Translations under genes and position numbers: made by a program
Assembly (NCBI GenBank): GCA_963840035.1
Contig: CAWIXE010000002.1
Location: 781,685-845,684, forward strand
Reading direction: 5' to 3'
From: a candidate division FCPU426 bacterium
GTDB lineage: Bacteria; Oederibacteriota; PGYV01; Palsa-1178
Length of the DNA: 64,000 bases
Shown here: positions 37,944 to 48,069 of the stretch, in pieces
Layout of the letters: each line of letters begins with the position of its first letter
Numbering within the stretch: the stretch's first letter is position 1
Notes under the pieces: model-generated
What the model was told of the DNA's origin: nothing
Seen by the model: only the letters and a program-made list of their open reading frames with translations
Databases searched by the model: none

Positions 37944-39338
37944 CTACAGGGCCTTTTTTGTGTTCCTTGTCCTTACAGGGACAATATCATTGATGTTGTG
38001 TTTTTCTATCTTATTCATTATCATTTTTCGGGTTATCCCCAGAAGTTTCGCCGCTTTCGTCTGATTGCCCTTTGTTTTTATAAGGGCGTTTACTATGGAT
38101 TTTTTTTCGACTTCTGCCAGCGGAGCGTCAGCGGATATGCCTGAATCAGATTTCGTGTCAGCATAGCGTTCATATGACATGTTGAGCATATCCGGGCCTA
38201 TCAGGTTGGTGTTTGAAACAACGATTGCTTCTTCTATTACGTTCCTGAGTTCCCTGATATTTCCGGGCCAGCCATATTGCATAAGCCTCTCAAGCGCGGA
38301 ATCTGTAAATGTTTTTTCCTCCATGCTGTTGCGAAGGCATATCTCACGGAGGAAATAATTGGTAAGCAGGGGGATATCAGCTTTTCTTTCCCTTAATGGA
38401 GGCATGTGCAGGGATATAACGTTAAGCCTGTAATAAAGATCCTCGCGGAAGCGGCCGTTCTCGATATCGGCTTTGAGCTCGGAATTAGTCGCGCTGATGA
38501 TCCTTAAGTCCACAGGCCTGGATTTATTTGAGCCAAGAGGCTCAATCCTGCGGTCTTCAAGAACCCGTAATAATTTAGCCTGGACGCGGTAATTGATATT
38601 TCCTATTTCGTCCAGAAATATTGTGCCTTTGTCAGCGGCTTCGAATTTTCCCTGTTTCGCGGTGTAAGCCCCGGTAAAAGCGCCTTTTTCATATCCAAAG
38701 AGTTCTGATTCCTGAAGCCCTTCGGGGATTGCGGCTAAGTTCATGGATATCATCTTGTTGCTGGAGCGCTTGGACAGGTTGTGTATGGCGCGCGCGGCCA
38801 TTTCCTTGCCTGTGCCCGACTCGCCGGTAATTAATACGGTGGAATCGGTCTTTGCTATATTGGAAATCTTTTTGAAGAGCTCACGCATTTTCTTTGACTT
38901 GCCTATCATGTTCTCAAATATATTCTCGCCGTGAAGCTCGCCCTTTAAAAGAGCCAGGTCTTCTTTTAGCTCTGTTTTTTCAAATATTTTGGCGATGGTC
39001 ATTTTCAGTTCGTCAAAATTAAGAGGCTTCTGCAGGTAGTTTTCTATGCCAAGTTTCATTGCCTGTACGGCTGATTCCACGGTGCCATAGGCTGTCATCA
39101 TAATTACCGAGACGGAACCGTCTATTTCCCTTATCCGCTTAAAAAGTTCTATGCCGTCCATTTCCGGCATTTTAAGGTCCAGCATTATCAGGTGCATTGT
39201 TTCCTTGCGGAGCATTTCCAGGGCTTCAGCCGGCGATGACGCCGTATATACTGCGTAGTTATCCTGCGTCAATATGGCGCTTACGACCTTTAGGGTTGAT
39301 TTATTATCGTCTATTACCAGTATCCGCCTCTTATTCAT
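37944..39338 (-). CDS. sigma54-dependent response regulator (NtrC family)
   Basis: REC domain (ILVIDDNK...DLKMPEMDG), AAA+ (GESGTGKE, GAFTGA, FLDEIG), C-terminal Fis-type HTH. The track ORF starts 7 codons earlier. Confidence 0.93.
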   Translation of the reverse strand: MNKRRILVIDDNKSTLKVVSAILTQDNYAVYTASSPAEALEMLRKETMHLIMLDLKMPEMDGIELFKRIREIDGSVSVIMMTAYGTVESAVQAMKLGIENYLQKPLNFDELKMTIAKIFEKTELKEDLALLKGELHGENIFENMIGKSKKMRELFKKISNIAKTDSTVLITGESGTGKEMAARAIHNLSKRSSNKMISMNLAAIPEGLQESELFGYEKGAFTGAYTAKQGKFEAADKGTIFLDEIGNINYRVQAKLLRVLEDRRIEPLGSNKSRPVDLRIISATNSELKADIENGRFREDLYYRLNVISLHMPPLRERKADIPLLTNYFLREICLRNSMEEKTFTDSALERLMQYGWPGNIRELRNVIEEAIVVSNTNLIGPDMLNMSYERYADTKSDSGISADAPLAEVEKKSIVNALIKTKGNQTKAAKLLGITRKMIMNKIEKHNINDIVPVRTRNTKKAL

Positions 39339-40044
39339 CGTTTTTTTGCCTCTTTTCAAGGGGGATTATTATGGTAAATTCAGAGCCTTTGCCGGGCGCT
39401 GATTTCACGGTTATCCTGCCGCCGTGTTTGCTTACAATTGATTTTGATATCGCCAGACCTATGCCCAAGCCCGATTCTTTTGTCGTATAAAAAGGGACAA
39501 ATACCGATTTCATTTCCTTTTTTGTCATGCCTTTTCCGTTATCTTTAAGCGATATATACGCGTGTTTTTTATCCGCGTTTATTATAACTTCGGCCCTGGG
39601 ATCGGTTATACCCGAGAGGGCGTCCTTGGCGTTTGAGAAAAAGTTAACCATGACCTGTCTCATCTGTTCAGGGTCTATATATACTTCAGGTATGTCCTTT
39701 TTTTTGATTGTTACCTTAATTTCCGCGGGAAAACCGTGTTTGGTTATCATTATCATGCCTGTGACAAAACTTTCCAGGTTGGTGGCCTTAAGTTTCAGCG
39801 TCATGCCCCTGGAAAAACTTATGAATTCGTTTAAGTAGCGTTCAAGCCGGTTAATCTCCTCTATTATTATGCCTGTGAATTCCCTGATGTCGTTATTTTC
39901 CTTATATGTGTCGAAAAGGTACTGGCTGGCGCCTTTCATTGAGTTCAAAGGGTTCTTTATCTCGTGCGCAAGCGCCGCGACCATGCGTTCGGTGCGTTCA
40001 TGCTGGTCGTGTGTGATTTTTGTGTTTTTTACGGCTTTAGACAT
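39331..40044 (-). CDS. cytoplasmic histidine kinase (DHp plus HATPase_c only)
   Basis: 237 aa. H-box LAHEIKNPLNS, N-box FFSNAKDA, G-boxes DNGKGM / GLGIGLAISK. No sensor or TM domain. Confidence 0.9.
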   Translation of the reverse strand: MSKAVKNTKITHDQHERTERMVAALAHEIKNPLNSMKGASQYLFDTYKENNDIREFTGIIIEEINRLERYLNEFISFSRGMTLKLKATNLESFVTGMIMITKHGFPAEIKVTIKKKDIPEVYIDPEQMRQVMVNFFSNAKDALSGITDPRAEVIINADKKHAYISLKDNGKGMTKKEMKSVFVPFYTTKESGLGIGLAISKSIVSKHGGRITVKSAPGKGSEFTIIIPLEKRQKNDE

Positions 40045-40756
40045 TTTTCATCGCCTTAAGCATTTCTTTTATAGCCCTGTCAAGTCCTACCAATACCGCC
40101 CTCGCGATGATATTGTGTCCGGTATTTAAGTCCTCGATCTGCTTTATGGAAGCAATCCTCGCGCTGTTTTTATATGTCAGGCCATGGCCCGCGTTTACGC
40201 GCAATCCTAATGAAGCGGCGAGCTCAGCGCCCTTCTTAATTATGTTGAATTCCCTGTCAAGTTCCTTTCTGTTTTTTGCCGCGGCATATTTTCCGGTATG
40301 GATTTCTATGAAGTCGGCCCCGGATAGTTTTGAGGCTTTAATCTGGGCGGGGTCGGCGTCAATGAAGAGGCTGACAATAATTCCCTTTTTTTTAAGCTTT
40401 GAAACGACAGCTGATATGTTCTTTAGGTTGCCTGCCACGTCAAGTCCGCCCTCGGTGGTCAATTCCCGCCTTTTTTCAGGGACGAGCGTTGCTTCGTCAG
40501 GCACCACCTGCAGGGCCCTGCGGATTACATCGGGTGCGATTGACATTTCGAGGTTCAGTTTTTTCTTTACAATTTTTTTTAGGCGTATCACATCGCTGTC
40601 GTTGATGTGGCGCCTGTCCTCGCGCAGGTGGACTGTTATACCCACGGCGCCTGTTCTTTCGACTATGCGGGCCGCGTCCACCGGGTCAGGCACCACATCG
40701 CGCCTGGCCTGCCTTACAGTCGCCACGTGGTCTATGTTTACGCATAATTTAGCCAT
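40037..40756 (-). CDS. pdxJ: pyridoxine 5'-phosphate synthase
   Basis: LCVNIDHVATVRQARR, HLREDRRHI, ELHTG-like IEIHTG motifs. Start at the internal ATG 40756. Confidence 0.93.
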   Translation of the reverse strand: MAKLCVNIDHVATVRQARRDVVPDPVDAARIVERTGAVGITVHLREDRRHINDSDVIRLKKIVKKKLNLEMSIAPDVIRRALQVVPDEATLVPEKRRELTTEGGLDVAGNLKNISAVVSKLKKKGIIVSLFIDADPAQIKASKLSGADFIEIHTGKYAAAKNRKELDREFNIIKKGAELAASLGLRVNAGHGLTYKNSARIASIKQIEDLNTGHNIIARAVLVGLDRAIKEMLKAMKNV

Positions 40757-40757
40757 G

Positions 40758-41177
40758 TTATTTTTTCCCTTCCCCGGACTGGCTGTTGTTGGTTTTTTCA
40801 AACTCAATTTCAACCTGATAGGGTGTAATTGACTTAATATCAAGGCCCCTGGGAAGCGACACTATTACGGCCGGCGATATCCTGTAGATGTTCTTGCCTT
40901 CTTTGGCGGTTTTTAAGTTCAGGGTTACTTTTACATTTTTTTTGTTTATGTTATTTACTATGTCGCGCCTGCCGGTGACCATGACATCCACGGCGTTCTC
41001 AACTTTGTTGATCATGCGCATTTCCGAGGGAAAATTATTCAGCTCCACAGGCAGGTTCAATACGACAGTGAGGTTCTGCTCGCTCGCGATATAAAACCAC
41101 AGCGTGACTGCCGCAAGAAGCGCGCCGAGCTTGTACTGCCAGTTCTTGAAAAACAACGATTTAAAAAATTCTTTCAT
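40758..41177 (-). CDS. YbbR-domain protein (short CdaR-like)
   Basis: 139 aa. N-terminal TM, single YbbR-like beta domain. Directly downstream of cdaA. Confidence 0.65.
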   Translation of the reverse strand: MKEFFKSLFFKNWQYKLGALLAAVTLWFYIASEQNLTVVLNLPVELNNFPSEMRMINKVENAVDVMVTGRRDIVNNINKKNVKVTLNLKTAKEGKNIYRISPAVIVSLPRGLDIKSITPYQVEIEFEKTNNSQSGEGKK

Positions 41178-41194
41178 AAAACCCTCCGTTTAAC

Positions 41195-41283
41195 TTAAAA
41201 TTTAAAATTTAAAACTGAAAGTTGGATCCGATGTATTAATTTTTAACTTTCAGTTTTAAGCTTTAAGCTTTAAGCTTTAAGTT
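41195..41283. repeat. word-repeat hairpin between cdaA and the YbbR gene
   Basis: Perfect 13-bp arms AAAACTGAAAGTT / AACTTTCAGTTTT. Flanked by 7-nt tandem words (TAAAATT x2-3 on the left, AAGCTTT x4 on the right). Confidence 0.85.
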
Positions 41284-41287
41284 GTAT

Positions 41288-42064
41288 TTATCTTATCTTC
41301 GGCGCGTATAAGGACAGAATTTCCAGCAGTGTCTCGCCGTTTATGTCAGGCGTTATCTTTCCGCCTATGGCGAGCGATATGGATTTTCTCTCCTCGGACA
41401 CTATTATCGTGATAGCGTCCGTTTCTTCCGATATTCCTATGGCGGCCCTGTGCCGCATGCCGTATTTTTTATCTATGTCGTCTTTTTGCGTCAGCGGAAG
41501 TATGCAGCCGGCCGCGGCGATCCTGCCCTCCCTGATGATGACCGCGCCGTCGTGCAGCGGGGATTTCGGGTTAAAGATGGATATAAGAAGCTCAGATGAT
41601 GTTTCCGAGTCTATGACCGTGCCTGTTTCAATGAAACTTTTCAGGTTTACTTCGCGTTCAAGTACGATAAGCGCACCGGTTTTCTTCTTGGCCAGTATTT
41701 CCGCGGTTACCTTTATTTCCCTGTAAAGCTGGGCGTGTTCCTTAAATATGAATTTGAAGAACTTATTCTGGCCGAACTCGACTAAGGCCCTGCGGAGTTC
41801 CGGCTGGAAGACTATGATAAAAGCGATAATCCATATGGCGGATAAGCCTGTTAATATCCATGACATGGTATCAAGCCTTAAAAGCCTTGAGACAAGGACA
41901 AGTACGAGTATTATTGCAAAGCCTTTAAGCATCTGTATGGCCCGCGTTTCGTGCAGGAGTATGAATACATAATAAAGGACAAACGAAACAAGTATGATGT
42001 CTATGACGTCGTTCCATCTCATTCCCGAGAAAGTGCTGACTAATGTGGAAAAAAAGTTTTCCAT
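41288..42064 (-). CDS. cdaA: diadenylate cyclase CdaA
   Basis: 258 aa. Three N-terminal TM helices, DAC domain with HDGAVII and GMRHRAAIGISEETDA motifs. Confidence 0.93.
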   Translation of the reverse strand: MENFFSTLVSTFSGMRWNDVIDIILVSFVLYYVFILLHETRAIQMLKGFAIILVLVLVSRLLRLDTMSWILTGLSAIWIIAFIIVFQPELRRALVEFGQNKFFKFIFKEHAQLYREIKVTAEILAKKKTGALIVLEREVNLKSFIETGTVIDSETSSELLISIFNPKSPLHDGAVIIREGRIAAAGCILPLTQKDDIDKKYGMRHRAAIGISEETDAITIIVSEERKSISLAIGGKITPDINGETLLEILSLYAPKIR

Positions 42065-42921
42065 TATTTTTCCTCCTTTTTGCGGTAATTGGACACGGCA
42101 TAGGCCATGTCCGCTGTCTCTTTCATTTCCTTAACGTCATGCACCCTGATTAAATCCGCGCCCTTTGCCACGGCTATAGCCACTGTCGCGGCCGTGCCGT
42201 AAACCCGTTTGTCAGGGTTCAAATTAAGCACTTTCCCTATGAGGGATTTGCGCGAAGTCCCCAAAAGCAACGGGACGCCAAATTTTTTAAAACTATCAAG
42301 GCTGTCGAGTATCTCAAAGTTGTGTTTTAGCGTTTTGCCGAAACCGATTCCCGGATCGAGTATAAGGTTTTCCTTTTTTATCCCGGAAGCCAGCGCGGCT
42401 TTTATGCGCTCTTCAAAGAACAATAATATATCATTCACCGGGCCTTTTTCAGAGTACACCGGGTTGTCCTGCATTGTGCCCGGGGTTCCCAGCATGTGCA
42501 TTATTACGTAGCCAGCTCCATATTCAGCGGCGACATTCATGATTTCGGGGTCGATAGTCCCGCCTGAGATGTCATTTATTATGGAGGCGCCCGCTTCAAG
42601 GGCTTTGCGGGCTGTTTTTGATTTGTAGGTGTCGGTTGATATCAGTGCCTTAGCTCCCGCTTTAACAAGCCCTTCGATTACAGGTATAACCCTTGCGGAT
42701 TCCTCATCAGCCGGGACGCTTTTTGCCCCGGGTTTTGTGGATTCCCCGCCGATGTCTATAATATCAGCGCCTTCTTTTTCCATCCCGAGCCCGCGCGCGA
42801 TTGCTTTTCCGGCATCAAAATATTCCCCGCCGTCAGAAAAAGAATCCGGGGTTACGTTTAGTACCCCCATGATAAGGGTGCGGTTAAGGGAAAGCTTTTT
42901 ACCCCGGCAAATTAATTCCAT
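42064..42921 (-). CDS. folP: dihydropteroate synthase
   Basis: 285 aa. IMGVLNVTPDSFSDGG, DIGGESTKPG, ISTDTYK motifs. Confidence 0.95.
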   Translation of the reverse strand: MELICRGKKLSLNRTLIMGVLNVTPDSFSDGGEYFDAGKAIARGLGMEKEGADIIDIGGESTKPGAKSVPADEESARVIPVIEGLVKAGAKALISTDTYKSKTARKALEAGASIINDISGGTIDPEIMNVAAEYGAGYVIMHMLGTPGTMQDNPVYSEKGPVNDILLFFEERIKAALASGIKKENLILDPGIGFGKTLKHNFEILDSLDSFKKFGVPLLLGTSRKSLIGKVLNLNPDKRVYGTAATVAIAVAKGADLIRVHDVKEMKETADMAYAVSNYRKKEEK

Positions 42922-43032
42922 CCCGCACCTCCTTAGACTGCAATTACTAATTTATGATTTCTAATTTCTAATTGAATACAAAAACGCTAACACCGCTGTC
43001 TTTGTCTCTGTTTCTAATTATAAATTAGAAAT

Positions 43033-43611
43033 TTACTTGCTTATCAACTCCAGCGCTTCTTTCCTCGTTGACTCGTTCTTCCTGAATATGCCGCGTATCG
43101 CGGATGTTATCATTTTTGAGCCGGGTTTTTTTACGCCCCTCATGGTCATGCACAGGTGTTCCGCCTCTATAATCACAAGCACACCCAGCGGGTTTACTAT
43201 TTCCATCATAGTGTCGGCTATCTGCGATGTCAGGCGCTCCTGAAGCTGAAGCCTTTTGGCGTATAACTCGACTATGCGCGCCAATTTTGACAATCCCAGA
43301 AGCTTGTTTTTCCTGGGGATATAGGCTATATGCGCTTTGCCAAGGAACGGCAGCAGATGGTGCTCGCATACCGAGTAAAACGGGATATCTTTTAAGATGA
43401 CCATCTCGTCATGTTCCTCGGTTTCAAATATCTTTACAACGTCTTTTACATCCTTGCCCGTGCCCGAGAAAATGTCTTCATACATGTCCGCCACACGCCG
43501 CGGTGTCTCTTTTAAACCCTCGCGGTTTATGTCGTCGCCTATCGCCTCTATTATCAGCCTTACAGCCTTTTCTATGGCCGGTTTATCAAACGCTTTTTTT
43601 CTTTTTGCCAT
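43033..43611 (-). CDS. folE: GTP cyclohydrolase I
   Basis: [21 protein letters not shown] zinc/catalytic motif. Start chosen at ATG 43611 (GGAG 10 nt upstream). Confidence 0.93.
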   Translation of the reverse strand: MAKRKKAFDKPAIEKAVRLIIEAIGDDINREGLKETPRRVADMYEDIFSGTGKDVKDVVKIFETEEHDEMVILKDIPFYSVCEHHLLPFLGKAHIAYIPRKNKLLGLSKLARIVELYAKRLQLQERLTSQIADTMMEIVNPLGVLVIIEAEHLCMTMRGVKKPGSKMITSAIRGIFRKNESTRKEALELISK

Positions 43612-45430
43612 TTTTAGCATACTCCAGATACATTTTTTCGTACTCCGGCCCCTCAAGAGTCTCTTTTTCGATAAGGGCTTTTGCCACTATGTCCAGGAAC
43701 TTCCTGTTGGTCTTTAAAAGCTTGGTAGCGTTCGTATAGGCTTTATCAATAATGGATTTGACTTCCTCATCGATCAGCTTGGCGGTATCCTCGCTGTAAT
43801 TTTTTTCTTTCATGAAATCCCTGCCGAGGAATACTTCCTGCGAATCTCCGCCCCAGTTCACCATGCCGAGTTTTTCGCTCATTCCGTATTTGCAGACAAA
43901 TTCATGCGCCATCCTGGTGGCGTTTATGATGTCGCTTGCGGAACCGGTGTCGGTTATCTTATAAACCAGCACGTCAGCTGCCCTGCCTCCCATGGCCATG
44001 GTTATGGAGTTTATGTACTCTTCCTTTGTCATGTTGTATTTATCCGTAGTAGGCACGACCCATGTTACGCCGAGAGTCCTGCCCCTTTGTAATATGGTTA
44101 TTTTATGCACTGGGTCTGTACCCAAAAGGAACCTGTTTACTACGGCGTGTCCGGCTTCATGGTAGGCTACGCGCAGTTTTTCCTTGTTGGTCAGTATCCT
44201 GCTTTTCTTTTCCGGCCCCGCCCAGACCCTGTCGCTTGCTTCTTCAAGTTCATTCATTGATACTTCCTGCTTATTGTTCCTTGCGGCTAAAAGAGCGGCT
44301 TCATTTATAAGGTTGGCAAGGTCGGCGCCTGAGAAGCCAATGGTCTTGCGCGCAACTGCGGTTAAGTCAACTTCCTTTGCAAGCGGTACTTTTTTAGAGT
44401 GTACTTTTAAGATCATTTCCCTACCTTTTAAGTCGGGTTTATCCACCACTATCTGCCTGTCAAATCTTCCCGGCCTTAATAATGCCGGATCAAGTACGTC
44501 AGGTCTGTTTGTCGCAGCTACTATTATAACGCCTGTATTTGTCTCGAAACCGTCCATTTCAACAAGCAGCGCGTTTAAAGTCTGTTCCCGTTCGTCGTGT
44601 CCGCCGCCCATGCCTGCGCCGCGATGGCGGCCGACAGCGTCTATTTCGTCTATGAATATTATGCACGGCGCGCTGCGTTTTCCCTGTTCGAAAAGGTCCC
44701 TGACCCTTGCTGCGCCAACGCCTACAAACATCTCAACGAAATCAGAGCCTGATATGGAAAAGAACGGCACTCCTGCCTCGCCTGCGACGGCTCTGGCCAA
44801 GAGTGTCTTTCCGGTACCCGGAGAGCCTAACAACAGCACTCCCTTAGGAATTTTGCCTCCGAGTTTCTGGAATTTTTTCGGTTCTTTTAAGAAAGCTATG
44901 ACTTCCTGAAGTTCTTCTTTTGCTTCATCAACACCCGCGACATCCGCAAATGTAACCTTTCCACCGGGTTCCGCAAGTTTTGCCTTGCTTTTTCCAAAGC
45001 TCATGGCTCCGCCGCCGTTTTGAGAGCGGTTCATAACAAAGAACCAAAAAATGATTATCAGTATGAAGGGGCCCCAGGTAAAAAAGAACATTTTTAGCGC
45101 GCCGCCAAAACTGGTAACCGGGCCTTTTGCCGTTATTTTTACATTTGCAGCATGCAGGATTTTATATAACTCCGGGTCTTCCACCGGTGAAGTCGAAATG
45201 TATTTAATCTTATCTTTTCCTGTTCCTTCCAGGTTGTTCAGCCCGTCTTCGTTCTTTGAAATTATGACATCGCTTATTTCGCCTTTTTGAACGGATTCCA
45301 AAAACGCGGAGTAAACGACTTTTTTTGGAGGTTCTTCTTTCATGTATTTCAAATTCATGTTGTAAATAAAAATTATGGCCACAGCAATAAAAATCCAGAA
45401 TGAAATTGAAATATTGTTCTTGTTTTTCAT
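43586..45430 (-). CDS. ftsH: ATP-dependent zinc metalloprotease FtsH
   Basis: Walker [18 protein letters not shown] zinc motif. Start at MKNKNN (AAGGAG SD). Confidence 0.97.
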   Translation of the reverse strand: MKNKNNISISFWIFIAVAIIFIYNMNLKYMKEEPPKKVVYSAFLESVQKGEISDVIISKNEDGLNNLEGTGKDKIKYISTSPVEDPELYKILHAANVKITAKGPVTSFGGALKMFFFTWGPFILIIIFWFFVMNRSQNGGGAMSFGKSKAKLAEPGGKVTFADVAGVDEAKEELQEVIAFLKEPKKFQKLGGKIPKGVLLLGSPGTGKTLLARAVAGEAGVPFFSISGSDFVEMFVGVGAARVRDLFEQGKRSAPCIIFIDEIDAVGRHRGAGMGGGHDEREQTLNALLVEMDGFETNTGVIIVAATNRPDVLDPALLRPGRFDRQIVVDKPDLKGREMILKVHSKKVPLAKEVDLTAVARKTIGFSGADLANLINEAALLAARNNKQEVSMNELEEASDRVWAGPEKKSRILTNKEKLRVAYHEAGHAVVNRFLLGTDPVHKITILQRGRTLGVTWVVPTTDKYNMTKEEYINSITMAMGGRAADVLVYKITDTGSASDIINATRMAHEFVCKYGMSEKLGMVNWGGDSQEVFLGRDFMKEKNYSEDTAKLIDEEVKSIIDKAYTNATKLLKTNRKFLDIVAKALIEKETLEGPEYEKMYLEYAKNGKKKKSV

Positions 45431-45655
45431 GTAAAAAGTCTCCTTTTTCACCAAACGAAATGCCAATTGTCCCAAAAGGGACATCGGGAAGAATATTTTA
45501 TAATAAAACAGGGTAAAAGACAATAGTTATATAGTATAAATGATTGGTTGGTGTTTTGTTTGAATTACTAATTACCAATTACTAATTAGTTCGGTTCTAA
45601 CATTTAACGCAACACTTTGATAGGATTATACTTTCAAAGGAGGCGTTAATAATCA

Positions 45656-46105
45656 ATGAAGAATCCGAACTACAAGAGGTTAAGTTTCGAAGAACGGGAA
45701 GAAATTAGCAGGTATTTAGCAAGTGGTCTAAAAGCTGGCCGAATAGCAATGTTGATAGGTAGAAATAGAAGCACCATAACGAGAGAAATAAGAAAGGGTT
45801 TTAAAACAAATACATATCGCGCGGTACAGGCGAATAATAGAGCCAAAAGAAACGCCAAAAGGCGAAGGTTCGGAAAACGTAAGATAGATAAGTGTAAAAG
45901 ATTAAAAAGGTTCATTGAAAAGCATCTCTGGTTAAAGTGGTCACCGGAACAGATTGCAGAAAAATTGAAAATAGAGTATCCTACGGACATGGACATGAGA
46001 ATATCACCCGAGAGTATTTATGCATATTTGTATGTGAAGCCCAAAAGCCACTTGAAAAGAGAAGCTGCTAAAGCAGTTTCGGCAAAAGCATTCCAGGCGG
46101 TTTAA
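45656..46105 (+). pseudogene. IS30-family transposase, N-terminal HTH part
   Basis: 149 aa. LSFEEREEISRYLASG...RNRSTITREIRK HTH. Confidence 0.8.
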
Positions 46106-46661
46106 AAGGAATGCCAGAATGACCGGAATTGCAAAGGATTTAGAAGATATAACAAGCATAGATGAACGGCCTGCGGAAGTTGAAACACGAGAGATTCCCG
46201 GACACTGGGAAGGCGACTTAATGATTGGCAGACTTCGGCAGTCAGCCATCGGAACGCTTGTTGAAAGAAAAACAAGGTATTTACGGATTGTCCGGTTAAA
46301 AAACAGGACGGCAAAAGAAGTCAAGAAACAATTTGAAGCTACGTTTAAGAAACACCCTAAACAACTTAGATTGAGCATGACATATGACCAAGGCAGAGAA
46401 ATGGCGGATCATAAAGCTCTAAGTAAGGCGTTAAATATTAAGATATATTTTGCGCACAAGAGAAGCCCGTGGGAACGTGGAACAAATGAAAACACAAATG
46501 GGTTAATACGGCAGTTTTTCCCTAAAGGCACAGACTTCAATAAGATAAGTTTAAAAGAACTCAGGTATGCAGAAAGACTGTTAAATCAAAGACCCAGAAA
46601 AACTTTGGGCTGGAAAACACCCGAAGAGGCGTTTTATCAAGATGTTGCGTTAAATACTTGA
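46050..46661 (+). pseudogene. IS30-family transposase, DDE catalytic part (+1 frame)
   Basis: The frame is open from ~46050 (KEKLLKQFRQKHSRRFKRN...). It contains IDERPAEVETREIPGHWEGDLMIG, MTYDQGREM and PWERGTNENTNGLIRQFFPKG. Confidence 0.8.
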
Positions 46662-46765
46662 AACCAAGTTACTAAATATAACGCTTCGCGTATATTATAA
46701 TAAGTGCAACAGCACACCTTAATCAGTAATTGGTAATTAGTAATTATTAATTTCGTTCTGAAAAA

Positions 46766-47254
46766 TTAATCCTCGTGATGCTGTCCGCGGGGGTTTGCGA
46801 TTTTTGTTTTTAACAGTTCGTATTTGGCGCTTTCATTTTTGACGATATTATCAAGCACGCCGTTGACAAAACTTCCGGATTTCTCATCCCCAAAGCGTTT
46901 TGCCAGCTCTATGGCTTCATTAATAGTGACTTTATAAGGAATGTCATTGCGGTAAAGCAGTTCGGCAACGCCTATCCTTAAGATATTCCTGTCAAGCGAC
47001 AGGATGCGGTCATATTTCCAGTTCTTAAGGTATTTGGGTATTATTTCATCAAGTTCCTTCAGGTTATCCGTGACAGTCTTGACCAGTTCCTTTGCAAATT
47101 CCTTTGACTTGTCGATGAATTTTTCCTCAGAGCCCAAATTCTGCATGGAATATGTGTCGATAAACTCCTCGATTTCCAGCGGAGTGCTTGCTGCGATCTC
47201 TACCTGATACAAACTCTGAAGAGCGATGATGCGTCCCGCACGTCTGATTCCCAT
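46766..47254 (-). CDS. nusB: transcription antitermination factor NusB
   Basis: 162 aa. [16 protein letters not shown] and the [18 protein letters not shown] signature. Downstream of ribH as is common. Confidence 0.92.
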   Translation of the reverse strand: MGIRRAGRIIALQSLYQVEIAASTPLEIEEFIDTYSMQNLGSEEKFIDKSKEFAKELVKTVTDNLKELDEIIPKYLKNWKYDRILSLDRNILRIGVAELLYRNDIPYKVTINEAIELAKRFGDEKSGSFVNGVLDNIVKNESAKYELLKTKIANPRGQHHED

Positions 47255-47352
47255 TAATACCTCTCAATTTTAAATTTTCAATTTTGAATTTTAAATTAGA
47301 ATCAAAGACCTGTTCGGCATTTAATTGAAAATTTAAAATATAAAATTTAGAA

Positions 47353-47814
47353 TTAGATTTTATCTATTAGATCCGTCATTTCCAGCGTCGAAAGCGCCGA
47401 GTCAAAGCCTTTATTCCCGCTTTTTACCCCTGCCCTGTCTTTTGCCTGTTCTGCGGTGTCAGCGGTTATTATGCCAAAACCTATGGGGATGCCCGAGCTA
47501 ATGCTCAGAGAAGCGATGCCCTTTGTAACTTCCGAAGCGATGAAGTCAAAATGAGGCGTTTCCCCGCGGATGATGACGCCGAGAGCTATCATTCCGGTAT
47601 ATTTCTTCTTTTTAAGTATGTTTGAAAGCGCTGTGGGTATCTCGAAGGAACCCGGAGTCCAGTAAACATCGATGGAAGACTCAGCCACGCCATGCCTTAC
47701 CAGGCAGTCTATGGCGCCGTTAAGAAGATTTTTTCCTATGGCTTCATTGAACTTTGATATGACTATGCCGAATTTCTTGCCTTTGCCGATGTAAGAGCCT
47801 TTGATTTCCTTCAT
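47353..47814 (-). CDS. ribH: 6,7-dimethyl-8-ribityllumazine synthase
   Basis: 153 aa. FGIVISKFNE, VPGSFEIP-like TPGSFEIP, GVIIRGETPHFDF. Confidence 0.95.
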   Translation of the reverse strand: MKEIKGSYIGKGKKFGIVISKFNEAIGKNLLNGAIDCLVRHGVAESSIDVYWTPGSFEIPTALSNILKKKKYTGMIALGVIIRGETPHFDFIASEVTKGIASLSISSGIPIGFGIITADTAEQAKDRAGVKSGNKGFDSALSTLEMTDLIDKI

Positions 47815-47935
47815 GTTAATACCTCCTGTATGTTAATGATAATAATTCATAATAACAGTGATTTGGTGCGGTGTCAATAAAAATAGCCGTCCCGTTAATC
47901 CGGCTAATTTTAAAAAGAATCTAAAGTTCAAAGTT

Positions 47936-48049
47936 TTATTTGATTATAACGATTTTTTTTACAACCTTATTTTTACCTGCAACAATCTCATAAAAATATG
48001 TGCCGTTTCCCGCCCATTTACCCGCGTCATTTCTTAAGTCCTGTCCTGC
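47936..48049 (-). pseudogene. orphan 37-codon C-terminal fragment of a FlgD-Ig / T9SS-CTD-like beta-sandwich tail
   Basis: Hand translation gives AGQDLRNDAGKWAGNGTYFYEIVAGKNKVVKKIVIIK*. It has no start codon and begins exactly at the left IR of the 2.75-kb mobile element. Confidence 0.6.
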
Positions 48050-48069
48050 CTGTCAATTATTGTCACTTT

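Larger units (their letters stand above)
45590..46669 (+). mobile_element. IS30-family insertion sequence (~1.08 kb), transposase frameshifted
   Basis: ~33-bp imperfect terminal IRs (TTCGGTTCTAACATTTAACGCAACACTTTGAT vs reverse complement CTTGGTTTCAAGTATTTAACGCAACATCTTGAT). Possible 3-bp AGT duplication. Transposase stop lies inside the right IR. Confidence 0.8.

Noticed and set aside
43025-43369. 114-aa minus-strand ORF overlapping folE.
   Set aside because: It is out of frame within the clearly recognisable GTP cyclohydrolase I gene and its composition is Arg/Ala/Gly-biased. It is spurious.
47815-47935. FMN riboswitch upstream of ribH.
   Set aside because: The spacer is short and AT-rich, and it lacks the conserved GGATAGTGAAAGGGAA-type core. 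Part of it is really the region downstream of the orphan tail fragment.
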